From: an uncultured Alphaproteobacteria bacterium
GTDB taxonomy: Bacteria > Pseudomonadota > Alphaproteobacteria > Rs-D84
DNA: 47,307 nucleotides
Reading direction: 5' to 3'
Assembly (NCBI GenBank): GCA_905234465.1
Contig: CAJOHU010000003.1
Location: forward strand, 1-47,307
In this document: positions 29,566-36,843 of the stretch, piece by piece
How positions within the stretch are numbered: the stretch's first letter is position 1
Layout of the letters: every line of letters starts with the position of its first letter
Notes under the pieces: generated by a model
Database searches by the model: none
Told to the model about the DNA's origin: nothing
Seen by the model: only the letters and a program-made list of their open reading frames with translations
Made by a program: the position numbers and the translations under genes

Positions 29566-29784
29566 ATGACACCAAACGCAAAAACATCTCTTGAAAAAAC
29601 GATAGCATTTTTAAGAAAAAAATCAACCAAGCTATCTGAAAAAGCCGCACTTGAGATGATGGGAAAGTCCGAGTATGAAATGCGCATAATTTGGGACAGA
29701 ATAATGACAGATTTTTGTAATATGGGCATGAAATATTTTATACAAGAATACTGCAAAAATATGCCGAAATCACAGAAACTTTAA
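29566..29784 (+). CDS. Hypothetical protein
   Basis: 72 aa; strong RBS AAGGAG; 1 bp after the previous stop. Confidence 0.65.
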   Translation: MTPNAKTSLEKTIAFLRKKSTKLSEKAALEMMGKSEYEMRIIWDRIMTDFCNMGMKYFIQEYCKNMPKSQKL

Positions 29785-29848
29785 TAGCATTATTCACTGG
29801 ACTTGTGCACTTTTATTAGCAATGTTGTGTGTAATAAAGGGCGTTAAA

Positions 29849-31060
29849 ATGCGGGCACTTAAATGTCAAAAGTTGGTTTTAACAACAGGATTCCTGAACA
29901 AGCTGAAATCCGACATTGATTTGCAGATAACAGATGCGGCCATACCGGGGTTACAATGCCGGTATTCGGCCGCAACTGACCGCAAAGTGTTCTATTTGGG
30001 GTATCGTGTTCGTGGTTCATATCAACAAAAGCATATGAAACTGGGATCATTGACAGAGTTTAGTTTGAACGAAATTCGTGCTCGTGCGATAAAGACAAAA
30101 CAAGACATCGCCAATGGACTAGATCCACAGGCAGAACAACGTATGCGCATAAAGCAAAACGAAATGCTTGAGGCGCGACGTAAACAAGTCCAGGAATTAA
30201 CCCCAATATTTATGGAAAAACATTGCCGCGAAAACAATCGGGCGAATACTTATAAATCAAATGAAGCTTTGATGCGTTTGTATATAATTCCATATCTTGG
30301 CGATAAATACATTGCAGATATTGATTTGTGCACAATCCAAGACATGTACGACAAAATCAAAAATACAAAAACCGTTGCGGTTGCACTGCATGTTATGCGG
30401 TTATTGTCTACTTTTCTGAATTGGTGCGAAAAATACAATTATCGCCCAATAAATTCAAATCCGTGCCATTTAGTCCAAAAAGCAAAATCCCCAAAGATGA
30501 CCCATACAATCCTGGATATCAATGGCTATAAACGGTTGTTTGATGCGTTGGACGAAGCATATTGCGCTGGGAAATATGCACCACAGGCTATCTTGGCAAT
30601 CAAAACACTTGCACTGACTGGGTGTCGTTGCAGTGAAATAACAGACCTGGAACGGGACGAGTTAGACCTGGAAAACGGGTATCTGCATTTAAACAAACGC
30701 AAAACAGATGCGTTTAATGTGCCACTGGGCGATCCAGCAATAGAAGTTATAAAACAGGCTTTGAGAATTTGTAAAAGTAAACGATATGTATTTCATTCGC
30801 CAATCGACCATACGCGTCCATTAACAGATTTGCGTAAAGCATTCTGGTGGGCATTGGATCGTGCAGGGTTGCCACGAATGCGCATACACGACTTGCGTCA
30901 TTCCTTTGCAACACTGGCAACCAGTATGGGCGAAGATATAAGAATATTAAAAGACGTACTGGGACATACCAAAATCACCACGACAGAAATCTATGCACAT
31001 GCGTCAAGTAATGCCGCACGTCGCACCGCAAACAATGTTGCAAGCATGATAACAGGATAA
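29849..31060 (+). CDS. int: Tyrosine integrase with N-terminal arm-binding domain
   Basis: 'ITDAAIPGLQCRYSAATDRKVFYLGYR...KLG' arm domain; catalytic R (TGCRCSEI), HDLRH, LGH, Y (TEIYAH). Confidence 0.95.
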   Translation: MRALKCQKLVLTTGFLNKLKSDIDLQITDAAIPGLQCRYSAATDRKVFYLGYRVRGSYQQKHMKLGSLTEFSLNEIRARAIKTKQDIANGLDPQAEQRMRIKQNEMLEARRKQVQELTPIFMEKHCRENNRANTYKSNEALMRLYIIPYLGDKYIADIDLCTIQDMYDKIKNTKTVAVALHVMRLLSTFLNWCEKYNYRPINSNPCHLVQKAKSPKMTHTILDINGYKRLFDALDEAYCAGKYAPQAILAIKTLALTGCRCSEITDLERDELDLENGYLHLNKRKTDAFNVPLGDPAIEVIKQALRICKSKRYVFHSPIDHTRPLTDLRKAFWWALDRAGLPRMRIHDLRHSFATLATSMGEDIRILKDVLGHTKITTTEIYAHASSNAARRTANNVASMITG

Positions 31061-31098
31061 TTTAATAGAGTTATGTTTTACACGCTAACGGCGACTGA

Positions 31099-31650
31099 TT
31101 ATTTATTACGATCTGGCCACCATTTATCTAACACAGCCAATACATCAACTGTACGTGCATACATATAATCGTCATTGGTGGGATACTTTTCAAATAAACC
31201 ACCATATTCTTTTATGTAAAATTTATCACGAACACTTTCATTTATTGGATTTAATAATAAAGCCACACCACAAAAATTGCGAACAACGCGTTCAAACATT
31301 CTCAATGCATACAACATCAATATTCTACTGTATTTCAGTCCGCTCATATGTTGCTGGCTGCAAAATTTGTTATCTATTGCAAAATGCCCCAGTAACACAC
31401 CCGACAACCATTTGCCCATACCCTTAAATTTTCTTTTACGGATACTATGATTATTTGTATTTTTTATGGAATGCGGTAATAACGTGAAAAAGCCGACGAC
31501 ATTATCATCTTGAAACAAAAAATACGCTTTACAGGCACGCACATCTATGTCTGTTTGTAATTGTTCTTTGTAATATCTGTTGATCTGAGAATCTTTACAC
31601 TCAAACTCTGGAATAGAGTTATTGGGCATCCACGCGACAAACTTTAACAT
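31099..31650 (-). CDS. GNAT acetyltransferase resembling AtaT/TacT-type toxins
   Basis: 'FECKDSQINRYY', 'VVGFFTL', 'VLLGHFAIDNKF', 'LLLNPINESVRDKFY'. The acetyl-CoA loop is atypical. Confidence 0.6.
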   Translation of the reverse strand: MLKFVAWMPNNSIPEFECKDSQINRYYKEQLQTDIDVRACKAYFLFQDDNVVGFFTLLPHSIKNTNNHSIRKRKFKGMGKWLSGVLLGHFAIDNKFCSQQHMSGLKYSRILMLYALRMFERVVRNFCGVALLLNPINESVRDKFYIKEYGGLFEKYPTNDDYMYARTVDVLAVLDKWWPDRNK

Positions 31651-31783
31651 TCTCTATGCCCCTAAATATATTCTGTGCGCGTTTAACCATTGTAGCATCA
31701 ACAGGCTTTTTCAGATTACTGAAAAAACTTGCATCAGGTGTACTAACACCCTTAACACCAAAATTATTACGCATATTTTTCAT
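31619..31783 (-). CDS. Small hypothetical protein overlapping the GNAT start (antitoxin candidate)
   Basis: 54 aa from ATG 31783 with AAGGG RBS; overlaps the GNAT gene by 32 bp. Confidence 0.45.
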   Translation of the reverse strand: MKNMRNNFGVKGVSTPDASFFSNLKKPVDATMVKRAQNIFRGIENVKVCRVDAQ

Positions 31784-31950
31784 AGGTTTACCCTTATATC
31801 TGTTTGCACTTTGGCACAAGAAACGTTACGAGTCAAGCAAAGGAATATAAAATTCTCCCTCATCCTTGTCTGCAATTATACCACAAATTGACGCAAAAAT
31901 CAATAGCATTTTATGCTTAACGATTCATTTTAGCACAAGGTTTGAACTTA

Positions 31951-31976
31951 AAAAGCCCCGAACATTCGGGGCTTTT
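31951..31976. terminator. Terminator downstream of the element-borne tRNA-Arg
   Basis: AAAAGCCCCGAA-CA-TTCGGGGCTTTT, 5 bp beyond the CCA. Confidence 0.85.
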
Positions 31977-31981
31977 ATATC

Positions 31982-32058
31982 TGGCGTGCCCAGCAGGATT
32001 CGAACCTGCAACCTATTGCTTAGAAGGCAATTGCTCTATCCAGTTGAGCCATGGGCAC
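31982..32058 (-). tRNA. Intact element-encoded tRNA-Arg(TCT)
   Basis: GTGCCCA-TG-GCTC-AACTGGATA-GAGC-A-ATTGC-CTTCTAA-GCAAT-AGGTT-GCAGG-TTCGAAT-CCTGC-TGGGCAC-G-CCA; 77 nt, all stems paired. Confidence 0.97.
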
Positions 32059-32100
32059 TTAACTGTTTTTAAGGAATCCAACGCACATATCGTCCAATTC

Positions 32101-32137
32101 CTATGTAACATTCTATGTAGCAAATATGTAACATTTT
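32101..32137 (+). repeat. Putative integrase arm-type sites (3 x TATGTARCA)
   Basis: CTATGTAACATT followed by CTATGTAGCAAATATGTAACATTTT, matching 17707-17731. Confidence 0.8.
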
Positions 32138-32262
32138 ACATCCATTTGCATACATTTCAATCAATCTGTATCCAGTTTTATACAGAACTGATTTTTGCGC
32201 ACATCCGCACAAATCAGGCGTTTATGCATTCAGATCCAAATCTATCCATAAAAATTACGGAT

Positions 32263-32302
32263 GATTAGAAATCTGTTGCATTATCCATTGTGCTACGGGC
32301 GC
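32263..32302 (-). pseudogene. 5' half of host tRNA-Arg(TCT), including att core 32263-32273 (right attachment site)
   Basis: Minus strand GCGCCCG-TA-GCACAATGGATAATGC-A-ACAGA-TTTCTAA-TC, then non-tRNA sequence. Confidence 0.93.
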
Positions 32303-32312
32303 ACACGTGTAC

Positions 32313-32340
32313 ATTATAAACAATTTTTTAAAAAAAACAA
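32313..32340 (-). promoter_or_regulatory. Putative host tRNA-Arg promoter, pointing into the element
   Basis: Minus strand TTGTTT-N16-TATAAT, ending 10 bp upstream of the tRNA 5' end. Confidence 0.6.
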
Positions 32341-32379
32341 GCAGAACCAAAATATCATCGCGCCCCACCGCGCGGCGTT

Positions 32380-33147
32380 TTATTGTGCAGTTGGCATATA
32401 TATGTTTCCATATGGCACATATGGTGTCGCAGCCGACCCTTCTTCCATTTGATAGTTTGTTAATGCCATATTTCCCTTTCCCGCGGCAAAATATACGACA
32501 TATGTGGCATTATCTTGGGTGGTAAATGTAAATTGTTTATTGACGCTGCCGCTACCGCCAGATTGTCGAACCCACATATAGTGTCCCCCGTTTGGATAAA
32601 ACACCGTTCCGTCTGGTTTTACCGCACGAATATAGTAATAATAAGAACCAGTATATACAATCGTAGTAGATAAAGTATATGTTTTGTTATTCTCGGTTGG
32701 TAATATCTTTGCGTCATTATAAGATTCGCCATTAATTGTGACGGCGACATATGTTGAATTATCCATAAAAGAATCATCCAATAAATTCTTGGTTTGTTGT
32801 GCGGTTGGACTGAACACAGAAATTAATAAACAATCATTATCATAGCACTGAAATTCGCTGTTTATCGCATTTTGTACGGCGGCGTTTACTGTTTGTGCGT
32901 CAACCAAAGATTTTGGTTGATTGTCAAATGTTGCCGATGTTGTGTATATGTCTTTTTTGCCGTACGTGCCTTCAACCCCGGTATTGGTTAATACTTGGTT
33001 TGCACCGGTTGTTGTTGCTTCTATTTTCGGTTGCTTTTGTGAAACACCTTCATCCACATAACCCATTGATGTCGGAATATTTTCGCCAACCCCAAATGCC
33101 ACGCCAAAACAAAACATCAGATATAAAGACACCAGAATTTTTTTCAT
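32380..33147 (-). CDS. Secreted fibre/adhesin-family protein with C-terminal carbohydrate-binding-like domain
   Basis: Signal peptide; 'GENIPTSMGYVD..VSQKQ.KI...VLTNTG..GT.G.K.IY...SLVDAQTVNAAVQNAIN' module; C-terminal 'QMEEGSAATPYVPY'. Confidence 0.65.
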   Translation of the reverse strand: MKKILVSLYLMFCFGVAFGVGENIPTSMGYVDEGVSQKQPKIEATTTGANQVLTNTGVEGTYGKKDIYTTSATFDNQPKSLVDAQTVNAAVQNAINSEFQCYDNDCLLISVFSPTAQQTKNLLDDSFMDNSTYVAVTINGESYNDAKILPTENNKTYTLSTTIVYTGSYYYYIRAVKPDGTVFYPNGGHYMWVRQSGGSGSVNKQFTFTTQDNATYVVYFAAGKGNMALTNYQMEEGSAATPYVPYGNIYMPTAQ

Positions 33148-33159
33148 AATATTCCGCCT

Positions 33160-33543
33160 TTATTGTGGTAAATAAGTCCCAGATAATTGATGTATGTCCC
33201 ACAAATAACATTCACCGTCCCGGTATTCGTGGCATGTCACGTGTGCGTTCAAACCGTTCTGTATAGCGGTGTTAACCTGGGCGGCTTCAACCAAAGAATC
33301 TGTTTGGGCGTTATATGTATTACCGCCGCCGGTCTGGTATACGCCTTTGGAACCAACCGTTCCCAATTCGCCGGTATTGGTAATAACGGTTCCATTGGTA
33401 CCGCCACCTATTTTTTGTTGTTTTTGGGAAACTTCGGTATCAACATATTGTTTTGATGCGACAATATTTTCGCCTGTGGCAAGTGCAGCAGACATCCCCA
33501 GCATAACCGCCGTTATCGCGACAAATATGTGTTTATATCTCAT
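33160..33543 (-). CDS. Short secreted protein of the same family (stalk module only)
   Basis: ATG 33543 with GGGGAA RBS, signal peptide, 'GENIVASKQYVDTEVSQKQQKI...SLVEAAQVNTAIQNGLN', C-terminal Cys pair. Confidence 0.65.
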   Translation of the reverse strand: MRYKHIFVAITAVMLGMSAALATGENIVASKQYVDTEVSQKQQKIGGGTNGTVITNTGELGTVGSKGVYQTGGGNTYNAQTDSLVEAAQVNTAIQNGLNAHVTCHEYRDGECYLWDIHQLSGTYLPQ

Positions 33544-33582
33544 TTTGATATTCCCCTTTCCCTGGATTTCCAATACTTACAT

Positions 33583-33610
33583 TGTAACAAAAAGGTACCT
33601 TTTTGTTACA
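33583..33610. repeat. Perfect 28-bp palindrome (operator or recombination-site candidate)
   Basis: TGTAACAAAAAGGTACCTTTTTGTTACA. Confidence 0.9.
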
Positions 33611-33719
33611 TCGCGATTCTGGCAAAAATGAACAAACACAAAAACAGGCTGCATGCCACGGAATCTGTGGCATTGCGAGAAAAATTAAAAAAATTAAAAA
33701 AAGTGTAAAAAAAGGGTGG

Positions 33720-33739
33720 ACAAAAAGGTACCTTTTTGT
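33720..33739. repeat. Second copy of the palindrome core (20 bp)
   Basis: ACAAAAAGGTACCTTTTTGT, identical to 33587-33606. Confidence 0.9.
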
Positions 33740-33822
33740 TCCATTCAACTGTGCAGAAAATTCCCATTCGCGGGCGAGGGGGAATAAAAAAAACAGGCGC
33801 GATTTCGCGCCCGTCTTAATCA

Positions 33823-34080
33823 CTATTTCTTTTTGTGTTCTTTGTTAAGATATTCTTCCAACCAATGGTTATCAAAGTTCAATGTGCGGACATCCCGATT
33901 GTTTAATAATTTCTTTTGCAATGGAATCGTTGTTTTTACGCCTTCTATGATAAATTCATCCAATGCGCGTTCCGCACGCATTATACACGCCGAACGAGAC
34001 TGAGCATGAACAATCAACTTCGCAATCATTGAATCATATGTTGGCGGAATAGTATACCCAGCATAAACCGCGCTGTCAGT
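33823..34080 (-). pseudogene. accC: Isolated 3' fragment of acetyl-CoA carboxylase biotin carboxylase
   Basis: Frame reads TDSAVYAGYTIPPTYDSMIAKLIVHAQSRSACIMRAERALDEFIIEGVKTTIPL...; it begins 11 bp after the der stop, and the N-terminal part is missing. Confidence 0.85.
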
Positions 34081-34091
34081 AAATTATAATA

Positions 34092-35429
34092 CTAATCAAA
34101 TGGATTTTCAGACTTTTGGTATTCAATGGTTATTGGCAAATGTTCCCATTTTAACGCTGTTGCAATTCCACGCCGTAAATAACGCGTATAAGATTCTGGA
34201 ATATCCGATGCACCACCAACATTTATCGTTATTCGCATCGGATGATGCCCCGATTGACGCGCAAATTTTATTTTCATTGGGCGCTTTAATCGTGACATAG
34301 GTGGTTGTCTTTGTTCAACCAATTCACCAACAATTTTGTTTATAAGACTGGTCGGGGCGGTGGCATTTGAAATATCCCATTGTTCATAAATACGTTTGAA
34401 CATATTCTGAACACCCGTACCTGTTTCCGCAGAAATTGCCAATATCATCGGCTTTATAATTTGATGAAATGAATTTGTGAAATGATGTTTTAATTTTAAT
34501 AATTTTTCATCGCGCGCATCCGAATCAACCAAATCCCATTTGTTCAGTGCAACACACAATATCTTGCCCGAATCATATACACGCGCCGCAATTCCCAATG
34601 CCTGGTTTTCTATGTCGCGCGTGGCATCCACCACCAATATCACAACATCAGATTTTTCAATCGCATCCAAAGACTTTAACGCAGACAATGTTTCTACATC
34701 ATCGCGAACATTTGATTTGCGCCGCAATCCCGCCGTATCCATCAATAATATATCACGCCCATAAAACCGTACAGGTATTTTGACTGTATCACGCGTTATA
34801 CCGGGTTCGTCTTTTACAATTTGGCGATTTTCACCCAAAACACGATTCACCAATGTAGATTTACCAACATTCGGTTGACCCAAAACAGCAACCCGTACGC
34901 GCCGCGTATCCCCAGATTCAATCGTTTGATGCGGAACATTTTTTTCCAAAAATTCATATATTTTTTCAAACCCATTCTTGTGTTCCGCAGAAATAAGAAC
35001 CGGTTCACCAAAACCCAATTTATAAAAATCGTGAATATCACCCAATCTTTTCACTGATTCAGATTTGTTTACCAACAACAATATTGGCGCATGCGTCTTG
35101 CGGCGAACCATACGCGCCCAATCAATATCTTCGGGGGTTAACCCAACGCGCCCATCAACAACGAACAAAACCGCCCCAGATTCAGAAATCGCATCTATCG
35201 CCATACTGGTTGAATCAGCACCGATGCCAACCCGACCCCGTTCCAACCCCGCTGTATCACACAGTGTACAATCAGGCCGCGCAACCATTTGACCACATAT
35301 TGTGTCACGTGTCACCCCCGGGCGGTCGTGAACCAATGCGTCACGCGTCCCAGTCAGCGCGTTAAACAATGTTGATTTGCCGGTATTCGGACGGCCTGCG
35401 ATAGTTATCTTTGTCATGCGTTTTTCCAT
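34092..35429 (-). CDS. der: Ribosome biogenesis GTPase Der (EngA)
   Basis: Two G domains (GRPNTGKS/DTAG/NKSE; GQPNVGKS/DTAG/NKWD) and a KH-like tail. Start at 35429 or 35417. Confidence 0.95.
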   Translation of the reverse strand: MEKRMTKITIAGRPNTGKSTLFNALTGTRDALVHDRPGVTRDTICGQMVARPDCTLCDTAGLERGRVGIGADSTSMAIDAISESGAVLFVVDGRVGLTPEDIDWARMVRRKTHAPILLLVNKSESVKRLGDIHDFYKLGFGEPVLISAEHKNGFEKIYEFLEKNVPHQTIESGDTRRVRVAVLGQPNVGKSTLVNRVLGENRQIVKDEPGITRDTVKIPVRFYGRDILLMDTAGLRRKSNVRDDVETLSALKSLDAIEKSDVVILVVDATRDIENQALGIAARVYDSGKILCVALNKWDLVDSDARDEKLLKLKHHFTNSFHQIIKPMILAISAETGTGVQNMFKRIYEQWDISNATAPTSLINKIVGELVEQRQPPMSRLKRPMKIKFARQSGHHPMRITINVGGASDIPESYTRYLRRGIATALKWEHLPITIEYQKSENPFD

Positions 35430-35486
35430 TGATTTTTTATCATTATATAGCAAAAATATAAATAATCAAATAAACGGAGGTGCCAA

Positions 35487-36080
35487 ATGCAAAAAATTAA
35501 AAAATGGTTTAAATCTATTCGGGGCATCGTTGTTAATCCGCGCCGATACTTTTCTAAAATCGTTGCCGATGGCGATATAGAAGAATCTATGTTAAAGGCA
35601 TTCATATATGGACTGTTGGGCGGTTTGTTGGTGTTGGCAATACGCCTGATTGGGGGCGCAACAATAACAATTAATTCTGTGTTTACGGCAATAATAATTG
35701 TACCAGTAATTGCCGTTGGGCTGTTGTTTATAGGTGGCGGTTTGATGATGTTGGTGTCAGAAATAACCGGTGGTGAACGCGATTGGGAAATCGCAATTAA
35801 GGGTTTGGCTTCTATATTCTTTATATACCCGGTTATATTGGTACTGAATGCGTTGGCGTTTAATTGTACATCTATGTGGATAATCAGTATAATTTGCGAT
35901 GCGTATGTTTTGTTTCTGTTTTACAACATCGCATTGTATTGTATGCACGGACGACGTGGTGCGGTGATGGTTATCATCGGCATATTCGCAATATTTATGA
36001 TAACTGTGTATTTAACGAATTATCATATTGGATGGTTCTTGTTAAAGAATACTGGGGCGGCATTATCGTGTTTGTTATAA
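35487..36080 (+). CDS. Yip1-like integral membrane protein
   Basis: 'IVVNPRRYF' followed by about 5 TM helices; RBS GGAGG. Confidence 0.65.
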   Translation: MQKIKKWFKSIRGIVVNPRRYFSKIVADGDIEESMLKAFIYGLLGGLLVLAIRLIGGATITINSVFTAIIIVPVIAVGLLFIGGGLMMLVSEITGGERDWEIAIKGLASIFFIYPVILVLNALAFNCTSMWIISIICDAYVLFLFYNIALYCMHGRRGAVMVIIGIFAIFMITVYLTNYHIGWFLLKNTGAALSCLL

Positions 36081-36083
36081 ATA

Positions 36084-36112
36084 AAAAAATCCCGCATAAA
36101 GCGGGATTTTTT
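36084..36112. terminator. Bidirectional terminator
   Basis: AAAAAATCCCGC-ATAAA-GCGGGATTTTTT. Confidence 0.85.
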
Positions 36113-36839
36113 ATTTCAATAATTCGCCTGTTTCGGCACTGAATTGTTCAGACCCAACAATTATCTTTTTATCTTGATATCGGGGTGTGCGCGATTTCTG
36201 AACAGGTTTGCGCCAATATATCGCGCCATCGCGCAGGCGTATCGCATTAAGATTATTTTCTGTATCCAAAACATATGCCACATCATCCGTCAAAACAAAA
36301 GGTTTCTCAACCCCAATACCCGTACACCATGATGCCGTACCGGTTGTGTCTGATACCTTGCAAAATGCATCACCCAATCCACCAACATAAACATATTTAC
36401 CACGAATTTGAATCGGCGCAACAATGTCCAAAACCGAAGACCCGCCTGTCATATTGGTTGGACTGTACACATCTGTAATCCATACAATCCGGCGCGTACG
36501 CGGGTTTAATTTGACCAATTCACCGGTGGACAGCCCCGCGTAAACAAACCCGTTATTACACATTGGTGCGCGTTCGCCTGCAACAGAATTTCCCGTTGCG
36601 AACCCCGCAAATATCTTGCGCGAATCAGCCCAAACCGTATTATCAGATTTTTGTGTATATGGACAATCATCTGCCTTATATTCCAGCAAATTTTCTGGTA
36701 CGTTTGGTACATACGTATTCAACACATTCAGATTAGATGTGTTAAAAATACTGTCGCGGACACCCGGCAAAATTGGGTCATGTTTATCACATCCACCCAA
36801 CACCATCGCACATACAATAAATAATGCAACCTTGCGCAT
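36111..36839 (-). CDS. Short BamB-like PQQ-repeat lipoprotein
   Basis: Lipobox 'LGGC', 'PILPGVR', beta-propeller repeats ('NPRTRRIVW', 'LRDGAIYW'); lies between yfgM-like and der. Confidence 0.65.
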   Translation of the reverse strand: MRKVALFIVCAMVLGGCDKHDPILPGVRDSIFNTSNLNVLNTYVPNVPENLLEYKADDCPYTQKSDNTVWADSRKIFAGFATGNSVAGERAPMCNNGFVYAGLSTGELVKLNPRTRRIVWITDVYSPTNMTGGSSVLDIVAPIQIRGKYVYVGGLGDAFCKVSDTTGTASWCTGIGVEKPFVLTDDVAYVLDTENNLNAIRLRDGAIYWRKPVQKSRTPRYQDKKIIVGSEQFSAETGELLK

Positions 36840-36843
36840 ATCT

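Larger units (their letters stand above)
17623..32273. mobile_element. Integrative element / putative phage satellite inserted in the tRNA-Arg(TCT) anticodon loop
   Basis: Bounded by direct repeat GATTAGAAATC (17623-17633, 32263-32273). Contains tyrosine integrase, arm-type repeats, Xis-like, rep-like and TerS-like genes, and defence cargo. Confidence 0.92.

Noticed and set aside
32101-32137. CRISPR array or mini-array
   Set aside because: Units are 11-12 bp with no spacers and there are no cas genes; better explained as integrase arm sites.
17623-32273. Intact prophage or conjugative ICE
   Set aside because: No capsid, portal, large terminase, tail, lysis, relaxase or mating-pair genes. 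virD4 lies 10 kb outside the att sites.
33533-33848. ORFs 33533-33823(-) and 33603-33848(+)
   Set aside because: Low-complexity translations of A-tracts and palindromes; the region looks regulatory.
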